A stretch of 64,000 nt of DNA from assembly GCA_041653255.1 (NCBI GenBank), contig JBAZFV010000001.1, positions 255-64,254 of the forward strand. Reading direction: 5' to 3'. The position numbers and the translations under genes are program-made. Every line of letters begins with the position of its first letter. Within the stretch, counting starts at the first letter, position 1. The stretch comes from Sideroxydans sp. (lineage in GTDB: Bacteria; Pseudomonadota; Gammaproteobacteria; Burkholderiales; Gallionellaceae). Under the pieces are notes generated by a model. The model ran no database searches, was not told the origin of the DNA, and worked only from the letters and a program-made list of their open reading frames with translations. Positions 63,037 through 64,000 of the stretch are shown in pieces.

Positions 63037-64000
63037 TCATGCGTCGACTTGTGTCCGCACCAATTCCTGCAGCAAACGCCTCACCGGGGTTGGTATTGCA
63101 GCCCCCAACGCCTCCGTCAAATCCAGCCAGACACTACCCGGCTGCGCGGTACGTTGAGCTTTATGTGCAAGCTCCACCCTTAACGGTGTGATATGCAATT
63201 TGAAGTGCGTGAAGGTATGAACGAATGTATCCAACCGTTCTCCTGTGCTTGCTTCCATTCCGTTTCTCACGAACCATGCCATAGCCGCCGACTCGGCATC
63301 GAATTGCGGCGGGCACCATAACCCGCCCCAGATACCGTTGCCGGGACGCTTTTCCAGCAGAATGTCACCGCCATGTATTAGCAGCAGAAAAATGGTGTGC
63401 CTTTCCGGCACGACCTGTCTGGGGCGCATAGCAGGAAGTTCGGCGGTGCGTTCTGTCCGCAGCGCAACACAATCGGCTTGCACCGGGCAAGTGACACATT
63501 TCGGGCGGCCACGGATACAAACTGTGGCGCCCAAATCCATCAACGCCTGAGTGTAGATTGCAACATCCTGTTGCGGCAGTGAGGCTTCGGCTTGCCGCCA
63601 AAGATTTTCTTCTACTTCCCGTTTCCCCGGCCAACCTTCGATGCCGAAGTGACGCGCCAGTACACGCTTGACGTTGCCGTCAAGAACAGCACGGCGTTCG
63701 TGGTAAGCCAAGGCACAGATAGCGGCAGCGGTGGAGCGTCCTATTCCCGGCAATTCATGAATATCCGAAAACTCATGCGGAAACTCCCCTTCATGCCGGG
63801 CGACAATAAGCCGCGCGGCACGGTGCAGATTGCGCCCTCTGGCGTAGTAGCCAAGACCACTCCAGTGTGCGAGCACCCGCTCCTCGCTGGCGGCAGCAAG
63901 CGTGGCGACACAAGGAAAGGATTCGATGAAACGCCGGTAATACGGAATGACAGTGACGACCTGCGTCTGTTGCAGCATAACCTCTGACAACCAGATGCGA
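63037..64000 (-). CDS. mutY: A/G-specific adenine glycosylase (5' end outside the window)
   Basis: SEVMLQQT, W.GLGYY.R, LPGIGRSTA, DGNVKR, Fe-S Cys motif, NUDIX-like tail. Confidence 0.95.
   Translation of the reverse strand, partial: RIWLSEVMLQQTQVVTVIPYYRRFIESFPCVATLAAASEERVLAHWSGLGYYARGRNLHRAARLIVARHEGEFPHEFSDIHELPGIGRSTAAAICALAYHERRAVLDGNVKRVLARHFGIEGWPGKREVEENLWRQAEASLPQQDVAIYTQALMDLGATVCIRGRPKCVTCPVQADCVALRTERTAELPAMRPRQVVPERHTIFLLLIHGGDILLEKRPGNGIWGGLWCPPQFDAESAAMAWFVRNGMEASTGERLDTFVHTFTHFKLHITPLRVELAHKAQRTAQPGSVWLDLTEALGAAIPTPVRRLLQELVRTQVDA

Overview
GC-rich betaproteobacterial chromosome segment. Gene content and order suggest Nitrosomonadales, probably Gallionellaceae (inference). 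It is mostly housekeeping operons: miaB-phoH-ybeY-corC; maeB/mqo; birA-coaX; glyA-nrdR-rib-nusB-thiL-pgpA-nuclease-hrpA; aat-bpt-pyrD; rnfABCDGE-nth; ilvIHC-psd-pssA; lptFG/pepA-holC-valS; bepA; partial mutY. Four non-routine signals stand out. (1) Three copies of a ~100-bp palindromic element sit in frame inside a thermonuclease gene. Each copy is two inverted ~48-50 nt half-units with fixed internal motifs and variable but compensating outer stems, and in one copy the stem matches its own insertion site. (2) A decayed island at tRNA-Met carries an integrase stub, arm-type repeats, a perfect 39-bp palindrome, an intact Phd/RelE TA pair and a degenerate att copy. (3) An unannotated 30-aa hydrophobic ORF has its own promoter, RBS and terminator. 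(4) Five long hairpins built of 7-mer or 9-mer repeats fill stop-to-start junctions of core operons. No CRISPR array, rRNA or intact transposase was seen. All calls come from reading the sequence; no database searches were run.
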